64,000 nt of DNA from Candidatus Woesearchaeota archaeon. Its GTDB lineage: Archaea > Nanobdellota > Nanobdellia > Woesearchaeales > GW2011-AR9. Below the pieces are notes generated by a model. It was not told the origin of the DNA, searched no databases, and saw only the letters and a program-made list of their open reading frames with translations. This document shows, piece by piece, positions 46,755 to 55,216 of this stretch. Made by a program: the position numbers and the translations under genes. The number at the start of each line of letters is the position of its first letter. Position 1 is the first letter of the stretch. The stretch lies in NCBI GenBank assembly GCA_018696595.1, contig JABHQW010000008.1:38484-102483 (forward strand). Reading direction: 5' to 3'.

Positions 46755-49700
46755 ATGTCATTAGCAAAACAGAGGGAATATTTTGGAATTGGAAAAATAG
46801 ATAAGTTAAAAGAAATATTAGCATTAGAACGAGCAAAAAAAGTATTTTTAGTAACCACAAAAAGATCATTCTCATCTTCTAGTGCTAAAGAAAGAATTGC
46901 CCCCCAATTAAAAGATTACCAGGTCACTATTTTTAACGAATTCTCCCAAAACCCAAAACTAGAAGATATTAAAAGAGGAATAAAGATATTTAAAGAAAGT
47001 AATTCCGATTTAATTATTGCTATTGGTGGAGGGAGTGTAATTGATATGGCAAAATCAATTAATGTCTTATCTGCCCAAACTTTAGCACCTGAAATATACA
47101 TCATTGAAAAAGTTCCGTTTGAAAAGAAAGGTTGCCCATTAGTTGCAATACCAACCACATCAGGAACAGGAAGTGAAGCGACACATTTCGCGGTTTTGTA
47201 TATTAACAAATCCAAATATTCGTTAGCTCACGAAGAATATATTCTTCCAAATTATGCCATTATCGATCCCGAATTGACATTTAGTTTACCTAAAGCCATT
47301 ACTGCTACAACTGGTATTGATGTTTTAAGCCAAAGCATAGAATCATATTGGTCGGTAAACTCAACTGAAGAAGCAAAGGCTTACGCCCAAGAAGCAATAA
47401 AGTTAGTTTTAAAAGATCTAAAAACTGCGGTTAATTACCCTTGCAAAGAAGCCAGAGTAGCAATGGCCAAAGCGGCCAATTTATCTGGAAAAGCAATTAA
47501 CATTGCAAAATCCACGGCCCCACACGCGATATCATACCCTTTTACTTCATACTTTAATATTCCTCACGGCCATGCAACAGGATTAACCCTTGGCCCAATA
47601 CTAGTTTTTAATGCCAATATTAATGAAACTAATTGTACAGACCCAAGAGGGGCAGAATATGTTAGATTAACTATTAATAAAATAATTTCTTTTTTTGGGT
47701 CTACTTGTGCCGCTGATACTTGTAAAAAAATTCAATATTTAATGCGAGATATTGGACTTGAAACAAACATTAAAAGATTAGGGATTGATTCTGAAGAAAA
47801 AGTAAATTTAATAATTGAAAAAGGGTTCAACCCCGATCGAATTAAAAATAACCCCAAAAGAATAGAGCCAGAACAGTTAAGAAAAATTTTAAATGAAATT
47901 AGCCAAGAAACAGAAATTAAACCAGAAAAAATGGAAACAGTTTATATTGGCATGGTTGCTGATAGCATCCACCACGGCCACATAAATATTATCAGTGAAG
48001 CAAGAAAATTGGGAGATGTAATTGTGGGATTAGTTACTGATGATGCGGCCCAAAGCTATAAAAGAAGACCAATCTTAAGCTTTAGTGATAGAGCAAGAAT
48101 TATTAAAAATATCAAAGGAGTAACAAAAATTGTTCCCCAAAACACATTGGATTATGTCCCAAATATAGAGAAATATAAACCATCAATAATCATGCATGGG
48201 GATGATTGGAAAAAAGGATCCCAAAGAATTATTAGAGAAAGAGCATTAAATGCAGTTGAAAAGTATGGGGGGAGAATTATAGACCTCCCTTATACTAAAG
48301 GCATTTCAACTACAGAATTTATAGAAAAAGTTAAATCTTGTTCATTAAATAAAAAAAACACAACCCAAGCAATAATTCTGGCAGCAGGGATGGGTACAAG
48401 ATTAAGACCACTTACTGAAGAGACACCAAAATGTTTAATTAAAGTGAACAATAAAACACTATTAGAATATTCACTTGATTGTCTTAAAGAAAATGGAATC
48501 CAAGAGGTAATTATTGTTATTGGTTATCGCGGAGAATTAATTAAACAAAAAATAGGTAATGATTATCACGGCTTAAAAGTAGCATACATTGAAAATTTAC
48601 GTTTTTCCGAGACTGGAAGTATGTATTCTTTGTCACTTGCTAAAAAAGAGATTAAAAATGACATCCTGGTTTTAGAATCTGATCTGTTATATGAATCGTC
48701 TGCTATTAATACAATATTAAATTCAAATCATAGAAATACTATGGTCATCTCTAAATTACTTCATTCTGGAGATGATGTTTACATTTGTACAAATGAAAAA
48801 GAAGAAATTATTAATCTTGGGAAAGAAATATCAGAAGAAGAGAAAAAAAGAGCTAAAGGAGCAATGATCGGAATTTCAAAATATTCTGGTGAATTTCTTG
48901 CAGAACTTTTTAAGAAAGCAGAAGAAGATTATGAAAAGGGGGAAGTCAATTACCATTATGAAGAGTGTGTATTTGCCACCAGTCATGAGAATAACCCGGT
49001 TAAAGCTATCTTTTGTCCTGAACTTCATTGGATTGAAATTGACAATGAAAATGATTTAAAGAAAGCAACAGAAGTAACATACCCCAAGATCAGAAATTTA
49101 GAGAATAATAAGCAAAAAAGTTCAAGTATAAAAAGAAATATCCTTTTAAATCCTGGACCAGCTACTACTACTGACACCGTAAAATATGCACAAATTGTTC
49201 CCGACATTTGTCCAAGAGAAAAAGAATTTGGGGATGTAATGAAATACATTAATAATAATTTAATTGAAATTGCTGGGGGAAATACGGAGGAAGATGTCTG
49301 CGTATTATTTGGTGGCTCTGGAACGGCGGCCATGGATGCTACAATTAATTCTGTTGTACCACCTGATAAAAAAATCTTAGTGATTAATAATGGAGCATAT
49401 GGGGAAAGAATTGCTAAGATTGCTCGAGCGTATAGTCTTGGTTGTATTGAACTAAAGTTTGAATGGGATGCTCTACCAGATCTAAAAATAATTGAGGACC
49501 AACTAAACGAAAACCCTGAAATTTCTTGCGTTGCTATGATTCATCATGAAACAACAACGGGACTATTAAATCAGGTTAAAGAAATTGGAGAATTAGTTAA
49601 AAATCACAATAAAGTGTTCATAGTTGACACAATATCTAGTTTCGCAGGGATCCCAATGAATATTAAAGAATTTAATATTGATTTTATGATGTCTACTTCA

Positions 49701-50249
49701 AACAAGTGTATTCAAGGAATGGCAGGGGTTAGTTTTGTTATTTGTAGTAAGAAACAACTTGAAAGAATTAAAGAATACCCACGCCGATCTTTTTATTTAA
49801 GCTTATATGACCAATACGAATATTTCATTAAAAATTACCAGATGAGGTTTACCCCCCCAGTACAAACATTATATGCTCTTAAAAAAGCAATTGCAGAATT
49901 TTTAGAGGAAGGATATGAAAACCGAGTTGCAAGATATACTCAGAGTTGGAAAGTTCTAAGAGCAGGAGTTCAAGAATTAGGATTTAAGATATTAACTCAA
50001 CCTGAAAATGAGTCCAACCTTTTAATTACTTTACTTAATCCAGAACACCCTAATTTTAATTTTAATATTCTTCATGACAAATTATTTGAAAAAGGATTTA
50101 CTATTTATCCTGGAAAAGTGGGAAAAGTTAATTCATTTCGGTTATCTAATATGGGTGCCATTGATGAAAAGGATATTAGCGAATTCTTAGTAACATTTGA
50201 AGGTGTATTAAATGAAATGGGAACAATTGGACAGCAAAAACCAACATAA
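46755..50249 (+). CDS. four-domain fusion: Fe-dependent alcohol dehydrogenase (phosphonoacetaldehyde reductase-like) + HxGH cytidylyltransferase + LicC/PntC-like nucleotidyltransferase + 2-aminoethylphosphonate:pyruvate aminotransferase (PhnW-like)
   Basis: One uninterrupted 1164-aa ORF. aa 1-~385: Fe-ADH (GGGSVIDMAKS, PTTSGTGSE, HAISYP...PHGHATG). aa ~393-525 (from nt 47931): VYIGMVADSIHHGHINII (HxGH). aa ~539-780 (from nt 48369): AIILAAGMGTRLRPLTEETPKCLIKV. aa ~793-1164 (from nt 49131): RNILLNPGPATTTDTV...MSTSNKCIQGMAG (class V aminotransferase with PLP Lys). Confidence 0.85.
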   Translation: MSLAKQREYFGIGKIDKLKEILALERAKKVFLVTTKRSFSSSSAKERIAPQLKDYQVTIFNEFSQNPKLEDIKRGIKIFKESNSDLIIAIGGGSVIDMAKSINVLSAQTLAPEIYIIEKVPFEKKGCPLVAIPTTSGTGSEATHFAVLYINKSKYSLAHEEYILPNYAIIDPELTFSLPKAITATTGIDVLSQSIESYWSVNSTEEAKAYAQEAIKLVLKDLKTAVNYPCKEARVAMAKAANLSGKAINIAKSTAPHAISYPFTSYFNIPHGHATGLTLGPILVFNANINETNCTDPRGAEYVRLTINKIISFFGSTCAADTCKKIQYLMRDIGLETNIKRLGIDSEEKVNLIIEKGFNPDRIKNNPKRIEPEQLRKILNEISQETEIKPEKMETVYIGMVADSIHHGHINIISEARKLGDVIVGLVTDDAAQSYKRRPILSFSDRARIIKNIKGVTKIVPQNTLDYVPNIEKYKPSIIMHGDDWKKGSQRIIRERALNAVEKYGGRIIDLPYTKGISTTEFIEKVKSCSLNKKNTTQAIILAAGMGTRLRPLTEETPKCLIKVNNKTLLEYSLDCLKENGIQEVIIVIGYRGELIKQKIGNDYHGLKVAYIENLRFSETGSMYSLSLAKKEIKNDILVLESDLLYESSAINTILNSNHRNTMVISKLLHSGDDVYICTNEKEEIINLGKEISEEEKKRAKGAMIGISKYSGEFLAELFKKAEEDYEKGEVNYHYEECVFATSHENNPVKAIFCPELHWIEIDNENDLKKATEVTYPKIRNLENNKQKSSSIKRNILLNPGPATTTDTVKYAQIVPDICPREKEFGDVMKYINNNLIEIAGGNTEEDVCVLFGGSGTAAMDATINSVVPPDKKILVINNGAYGERIAKIARAYSLGCIELKFEWDALPDLKIIEDQLNENPEISCVAMIHHETTTGLLNQVKEIGELVKNHNKVFIVDTISSFAGIPMNIKEFNIDFMMSTSNKCIQGMAGVSFVICSKKQLERIKEYPRRSFYLSLYDQYEYFIKNYQMRFTPPVQTLYALKKAIAEFLEEGYENRVARYTQSWKVLRAGVQELGFKILTQPENESNLLITLLNPEHPNFNFNILHDKLFEKGFTIYPGKVGKVNSFRLSNMGAIDEKDISEFLVTFEGVLNEMGTIGQQKPT

Positions 50250-50273
50250 TCAGAACTTAAAAAATTTATAAAA

Positions 50274-51020
50274 ATGATTACTAGAAATCAACAGAAAGAA
50301 AAATATGAAACTGATTTAAGATACCATTCAGATTCGGACAACTTAAATCAAACGTTTGATAACCGCTATTCATTACGTAATAATTGGGGATTATATTTTG
50401 AATTAATAAAATTTAAAGAGATGGTTAAGCTCTTAAATAAAAGTAAAGTTAGGTTAAAGAATAAAAAAATCTTAGATTTAGGTTGTCACCGTGGCTTTAC
50501 TTCTAACCTTTTAGCACAATTAAAAGGATCTTCTGAAAACATTTATGGGGCAGATTTTATCAATTCTTTTGTTGAGCAAGCCCAAGAAATTAATCCTGGT
50601 GTTAAATTCTTTCAACATGATGTTTATAATGAGCTACCTTTTGAGAACTCTTATTTTGATTTAGTTACATTAATTTACTTGTTTAATGCCCTTCCCTCCC
50701 AAGACCAACAAGAAGTTGTTAAGAATATTTCCAAAAAAATAAAAGTAGGAGGTCATATCTTATTCTTTGACTTGTTTGAATCCAGAATGTCACGAGTAAC
50801 ACAAAGATTAGCTCACCTTAACAAGAGATATACTCCTTTGCCACATTTTAATGATAAAATTATTAAAAAATTGTTCCCGGACTTTAAGATAATCCAATCT
50901 AAAAAAATAATTAATTTGTTAACTTATCGAACAATTGGGTTTTCGTATGGTTTAGCAGAATTTTTAGATAAAATGTTACCATGCGAGTATTATATCACAT
51001 TATTAAGAAAAATAAAATAA
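50274..51020 (+). CDS. class I SAM-dependent methyltransferase
   Basis: Motif I ILDLGCHRGFTS and post-I GADF. Confidence 0.65.
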   Translation: MITRNQQKEKYETDLRYHSDSDNLNQTFDNRYSLRNNWGLYFELIKFKEMVKLLNKSKVRLKNKKILDLGCHRGFTSNLLAQLKGSSENIYGADFINSFVEQAQEINPGVKFFQHDVYNELPFENSYFDLVTLIYLFNALPSQDQQEVVKNISKKIKVGGHILFFDLFESRMSRVTQRLAHLNKRYTPLPHFNDKIIKKLFPDFKIIQSKKIINLLTYRTIGFSYGLAEFLDKMLPCEYYITLLRKIK

Positions 51021-51021
51021 A

Positions 51022-51672
51022 ATGGGCGAAAAAAGAATAAAAGAAAATGTGGAATTTTGGGATTGGGTATTCAGATTTGTATCTAAACCAGTCACACACT
51101 TTTTTGTTAAGTTCACTAAGATAACCCCTAACCAAATCACCATATTAAGTTTTATTTTAGGCTTATTAGCCGCGGGACTAATTTTAATGGGAGATTATAA
51201 TTACTTAGTTGTTGCAGGCGTCTTAGTATTAATTTTCATGGTCTTAGATAATGTTGACGGGGAGATTGCTAGAATAACTAAGAAAACAAGTAAGTTAGGC
51301 CATTGGTTAGATGGAGTTGTGGGTTTTATTATAAATGAAGCATTAATTTTAGCCATGGCATTAAGTATTGGTAGCCCATTATCTCTATCCGTTGGATTAT
51401 TAACAATGATTGCTTTTCCAATGCAATATTTATTAATATTCTTTTACAAAGCAGAGATTGTTAAAGAGAATGCCCCAATTACAATTGGATCTGGAAGCCT
51501 AATCAATAAAATAAAGTATTTATATGGTTCAACCTTCTTTCAATTTACAGTTGCGATAGGTTGCTTTTTCAATAAGCTACTATGGGTTTTAATCTTCTTT
51601 GCAGTCATCGGAAACTTATTCTGGATGGGGACATTGTTTGTCCAATATATCAACTTAAAACGAAAGTTTTAA
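51022..51672 (+). CDS. CDP-alcohol phosphotransferase family membrane protein (variant motif)
   Basis: DNVDGEIARITKKTSKLGHWLDGVVG = DxxDGxxARx8GxxxDxxxG. 5-6 TM helices. Starts 2 nt after the upstream stop. Confidence 0.7.
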   Translation: MGEKRIKENVEFWDWVFRFVSKPVTHFFVKFTKITPNQITILSFILGLLAAGLILMGDYNYLVVAGVLVLIFMVLDNVDGEIARITKKTSKLGHWLDGVVGFIINEALILAMALSIGSPLSLSVGLLTMIAFPMQYLLIFFYKAEIVKENAPITIGSGSLINKIKYLYGSTFFQFTVAIGCFFNKLLWVLIFFAVIGNLFWMGTLFVQYINLKRKF

Positions 51673-51697
51673 AGAAGGCGGTTGTTCTGACTATAGA

Positions 51698-52687
51698 ATG
51701 GTAAACAATTTGTTGAGTCATTATAAAGTCTCCCCAAAATTAGAAGTGAAATTAACAGCAAGTTTTCCTTTATCTCGGAGTACAGGAATTCAACAAGCTT
51801 ATAATTCTCAAGAACCAGATTGGGACTTATTATTTACGCATTGGGGTAAAGAGATTATATATATTAATCCTAATATCCCCCAATTACAGTGGAGAGAGAT
51901 ATGCTTAGCAACCCATTGGAATCAATTTGAAGAAGCAGTTAAAAAAAATGATAAATTAGTACTAGATGGGAGAAAAATCGATGGTTTTTCAATTCAAGCT
52001 CAACGTAAAGGGGCTTTAAAAGATTTAAGTTTTTTATCTACTGCAAATTATTGTTTTACTCTTACCGATGATGACCAACATATTTTAATGGGAGTTAGGG
52101 GAGGAAGTGATAATGTAGGACAAGCAGTAACAATGCCATTGGGGGTTGTTTCTTATCCTTCAGAACCTGACCCTAATAATTTAGATCCAATTACGGCTTC
52201 AGTTTACTCCGAAGCAAATGAAGAAGGGGGCATTTTACCAAATGAATATTCTTCATTAAATTGTATTGGAACCTTGCGACAAGAGCAATGTTCTACACCA
52301 GTAAATAATCTTATTTGGATTGGAAGATTAAAGATTACAGGTGAAGAAATTATAGAGAGACACAAAGTAGCCATTGAATTATATAATAAATTTGGAAATG
52401 ATTCTGAGAACATATTAAAGGCACGAATGGAGTTGAGAAAAAGATTTTTATTTAATCCAAGATTTCCAAAAGATGCTTGGGAAAATTCAAGATTAAATTT
52501 ATTTTCTAATGATCCCGAGAAAATGGTTGCAGATCTCAGTTATTTAATTGACCAAGGAAAAGAAATTAAACATGGATTATATGGTGCTTTAGCCTTATAT
52601 ATTTTAAACCAACATGGAGATAAATATTATAGTCAATTAATGAATATACCACAATTTAAAGAAAAGATTCATGATCAAAAATTATAG
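51698..52687 (+). CDS. hypothetical protein, weak Nudix-box-like segment
   Basis: 329-aa ORF. SEANEEGGI (nt 52208-52234) partly matches the Nudix core REx2EExGU, but the upstream Gx5E spacing does not fit. Confidence 0.4.
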   Translation: MVNNLLSHYKVSPKLEVKLTASFPLSRSTGIQQAYNSQEPDWDLLFTHWGKEIIYINPNIPQLQWREICLATHWNQFEEAVKKNDKLVLDGRKIDGFSIQAQRKGALKDLSFLSTANYCFTLTDDDQHILMGVRGGSDNVGQAVTMPLGVVSYPSEPDPNNLDPITASVYSEANEEGGILPNEYSSLNCIGTLRQEQCSTPVNNLIWIGRLKITGEEIIERHKVAIELYNKFGNDSENILKARMELRKRFLFNPRFPKDAWENSRLNLFSNDPEKMVADLSYLIDQGKEIKHGLYGALALYILNQHGDKYYSQLMNIPQFKEKIHDQKL

Positions 52688-52774
52688 GAACAATAAAAGA
52701 AATAATCCATATCAAAAAGTGAATATATCAATGTAGCATAATATTTATATAATCAATTTTTGTTTTCTCTTTAA

Positions 52775-53479
52775 ATGAAAGCATTAATTACTGCGGCCGG
52801 AATGGGTACGAGACTGGGTAATATTACTAAAGACACAAACAAGTGTATCTTAAATGTCGGAAACAAACCATTACTTCTCCATTCAGTCGAGATTCTCAAG
52901 AATGTAGGAATTGATGACATATATGTAATTATTGGCCATCACGGAGAGAAAATTAAACAACTTCTTGGAGATAAAGTTAATTATATCTATAATCCTGATT
53001 ATGCCACTACTAGTATTCTAGGTTCTATTGTTCTTGCTAAAGAACATTTATTCCAGTCAGAATTTGTTTTTCTAACCGGAGATTCTTTGCTCCATCCCGA
53101 ACTCATCAAGGGCTTATTAGAACCAAGTCAAGATGTTCTTGTTTCTATTGAGCTTAAAAAATGTAATGAAGAAGATATGAAAGTTGTTTTAGAGAACCAT
53201 AATATTAAAGAAATAAGTAAAACAATATCTTTGGATCAGGCCCAGGGAGAATATACTAGCCTTACTAGATTCCCAAAAGAGTCTTCCACTGTTTTTTTTA
53301 ATGAAGTTGAAAAAGCAATAAACAATCAGAATTGTAAAACTTATGTTGCTGACATCCTTTTAAATTTACAAAATTTAGGGTTTAATCTTAAACCAATATA
53401 TACCAATAAACCAAGAATTGAAATTGATTTCTTAGAAGACTTAGAAAAAGCCCAAGCATTGTACAAACAATATTTTTGA
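52775..53479 (+). CDS. LicC/PntC-like (MobA-like) nucleotidyltransferase
   Basis: MKALITAAGMGTRLGNITKDTNKCIL...VIIGHHGEKIKQ. TATA ATTTATATAA lies 23 nt upstream. Confidence 0.75.
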   Translation: MKALITAAGMGTRLGNITKDTNKCILNVGNKPLLLHSVEILKNVGIDDIYVIIGHHGEKIKQLLGDKVNYIYNPDYATTSILGSIVLAKEHLFQSEFVFLTGDSLLHPELIKGLLEPSQDVLVSIELKKCNEEDMKVVLENHNIKEISKTISLDQAQGEYTSLTRFPKESSTVFFNEVEKAINNQNCKTYVADILLNLQNLGFNLKPIYTNKPRIEIDFLEDLEKAQALYKQYF

Positions 53480-53549
53480 TTTCTAGTATGAAAATTATAA
53501 GAATATAGAAAAGATAAAAAGAAAATTAAAAAAGAAATTAATAAAAAAA

Positions 53550-54278
53550 TTAAAATTTCTTTTCTTCAACACCTAACCGATCACAAATTTGACTAATACT
53601 AATTACTTTCAAATCATATTGATCTGCTAAGCCCCTAAGTTGTGCAGGGGAAGCCATTTTGTAAGGGTCATCAGGATGTAATATTTCCATATCAACTACC
53701 ACTGGAGGATTGATTCCAGCTAACTTCATCAATTCAATTCCCGATTCTGTATGACCTTGTCTAGCATAAAGTCCCTGAGGATTACCTGCAATTGGAACAA
53801 GATGTCCTGGTCTAACCAAGTCTTCTGGGGTTGATGCTCTTTCTTCTAATTCTCCGGAAACTAATCGTGAATAATCAAAAGGCCTACCGTTCTCTCCAGT
53901 TTGATAAGGAACAAATCGACCGCCAAGAATATTCGCAGTTTGTGCTCTTTCTGCAGCAGAACAACCAGAATGACCATACAATGTATCGGTAGTTAAACGA
54001 AAATTAGTTTGACTACTTTCTTGGTTATCACTTGCATCTACTTGACCAGGCAACCCAAACTGAGTTGCATAATCTTCAGGCATAAAAATAGCAATAAATG
54101 CCCCTTTAGCATTATCTAAAACAAATTTCATTGTTGTGGGTGTTATTTTAGCAGCAGAAACAAGAAAATCTCCTTCTCCTTCCCTACCTGGATTATCCAT
54201 TAAAATAATTGGTTTGCCTTGTTGGATATCAATTAAAGCATCATCCAAACTATCTAATTTTACGCCATAATTATTCAT
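53550..54278 (-). CDS. ribB: 3,4-dihydroxy-2-butanone-4-phosphate synthase
   Basis: IDIQQGKPIILMDNPGREGEGDFLVSAAKITP and RPGHLVPI, RQGHTE motifs. I chose ATG 54278 with SD GAGGT 8 nt upstream; the track start at 54332 is TTG. Confidence 0.8.
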   Translation of the reverse strand: MNNYGVKLDSLDDALIDIQQGKPIILMDNPGREGEGDFLVSAAKITPTTMKFVLDNAKGAFIAIFMPEDYATQFGLPGQVDASDNQESSQTNFRLTTDTLYGHSGCSAAERAQTANILGGRFVPYQTGENGRPFDYSRLVSGELEERASTPEDLVRPGHLVPIAGNPQGLYARQGHTESGIELMKLAGINPPVVVDMEILHPDDPYKMASPAQLRGLADQYDLKVISISQICDRLGVEEKKF

Positions 54279-54446
54279 TTTATTTACCTCTTCACATTTT
54301 TTAAAAATGTTAAATTTATAAAGTAATCTCAAATTCTGATATATAAGTTTTATGCACTACAAATCAGACTACGAAAACCTAAATGATTTAAAACCCACAT
54401 TCCAAAATAGAGATTAATTTAACAGAAAGACAAGAGATCCAAAAAA

Positions 54447-55208
54447 ATGAAAACCAAATATCCATTTAAAACAATAACAAAAACTGAAGAGCAACTTCAT
54501 TCTTGGACTTATGTATTTCTACTTAAGTATCCAACAATCTTATTAACCTGGCTATTTGCAAATTTTACTAACTTCTCTCCAAACTTAGTTTCTTTCCTAG
54601 GGCTGATTCCTTCTTTTATTAGTGCTTATTTTTATGTTAATGGGAACTTACTATTTGGTGCTCTTTTTTATCTCTTGGCTTGGCTTCTTGATGGAGTTGA
54701 TGGAAGATTAGCAAGAGTCAAAAGCCTAGGGTCAAAGTACGGGGCATTTTATGACAATTATGTTGGCCAAATTGGTTTTATTATAATGATCATGGGATTT
54801 TTTTATGGTATAGCTAGAATAAAACAAAATTCTTTATGGTTGTTGTTGGGCATTCTAGTTTACTTTCTGGTTACTTTCCGCAGCTTGATTGCTTTAAAAG
54901 TTAAAACCTTGATGGGAAATGAATATCGTGTCAACTTAGATGAAGTAAATGTTGAAGAAGCAAGTATTAAAGAAACAAAAGGATTATGGGGATTAGCTGT
55001 AAGATTACAAAATAAACTGAACCAAAAAGGTTTAGTTGAACCATTTAACCTAATTGATATGATTGTATTGATTTTTATTATTGGCCCAATTGCGGAATTA
55101 ATTTTATCTGGTTCTCTAATATATGTGATAATATTTGCATTGATTATGATTATAATAAAAGAAATCATCTGGTTTCTCTATTATAGAAAGATTTTAAAAG
55201 ATAGGTGA
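54447..55208 (+). CDS. CDP-alcohol phosphotransferase family membrane protein (variant motif, paralog of 51022-51672)
   Basis: DGVDGRLARVKSLGSKYGAFYDNYVG = DxxDGxxARx8GxxxDxxxG. Polytopic. Confidence 0.7.
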   Translation: MKTKYPFKTITKTEEQLHSWTYVFLLKYPTILLTWLFANFTNFSPNLVSFLGLIPSFISAYFYVNGNLLFGALFYLLAWLLDGVDGRLARVKSLGSKYGAFYDNYVGQIGFIIMIMGFFYGIARIKQNSLWLLLGILVYFLVTFRSLIALKVKTLMGNEYRVNLDEVNVEEASIKETKGLWGLAVRLQNKLNQKGLVEPFNLIDMIVLIFIIGPIAELILSGSLIYVIIFALIMIIIKEIIWFLYYRKILKDR

Positions 55209-55216
55209 AATTAAAA

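Noticed and set aside
49131-50249. Reading the PhnW-like domain as part of an AEP catabolic (phnW-phnX) system.
   Set aside because: No phosphonatase (PhnX), PhnA, PhnY/Z or C-P lyase genes are nearby. It is fused to activation enzymes and flanked by pepM and ppd, which indicates biosynthesis.
53550-54278. ribB as a functional member of the phosphonate island.
   Set aside because: It is a standard riboflavin-pathway enzyme on the opposite strand with its own promoter and SD. It is most simply a housekeeping gene interleaved in the locus.
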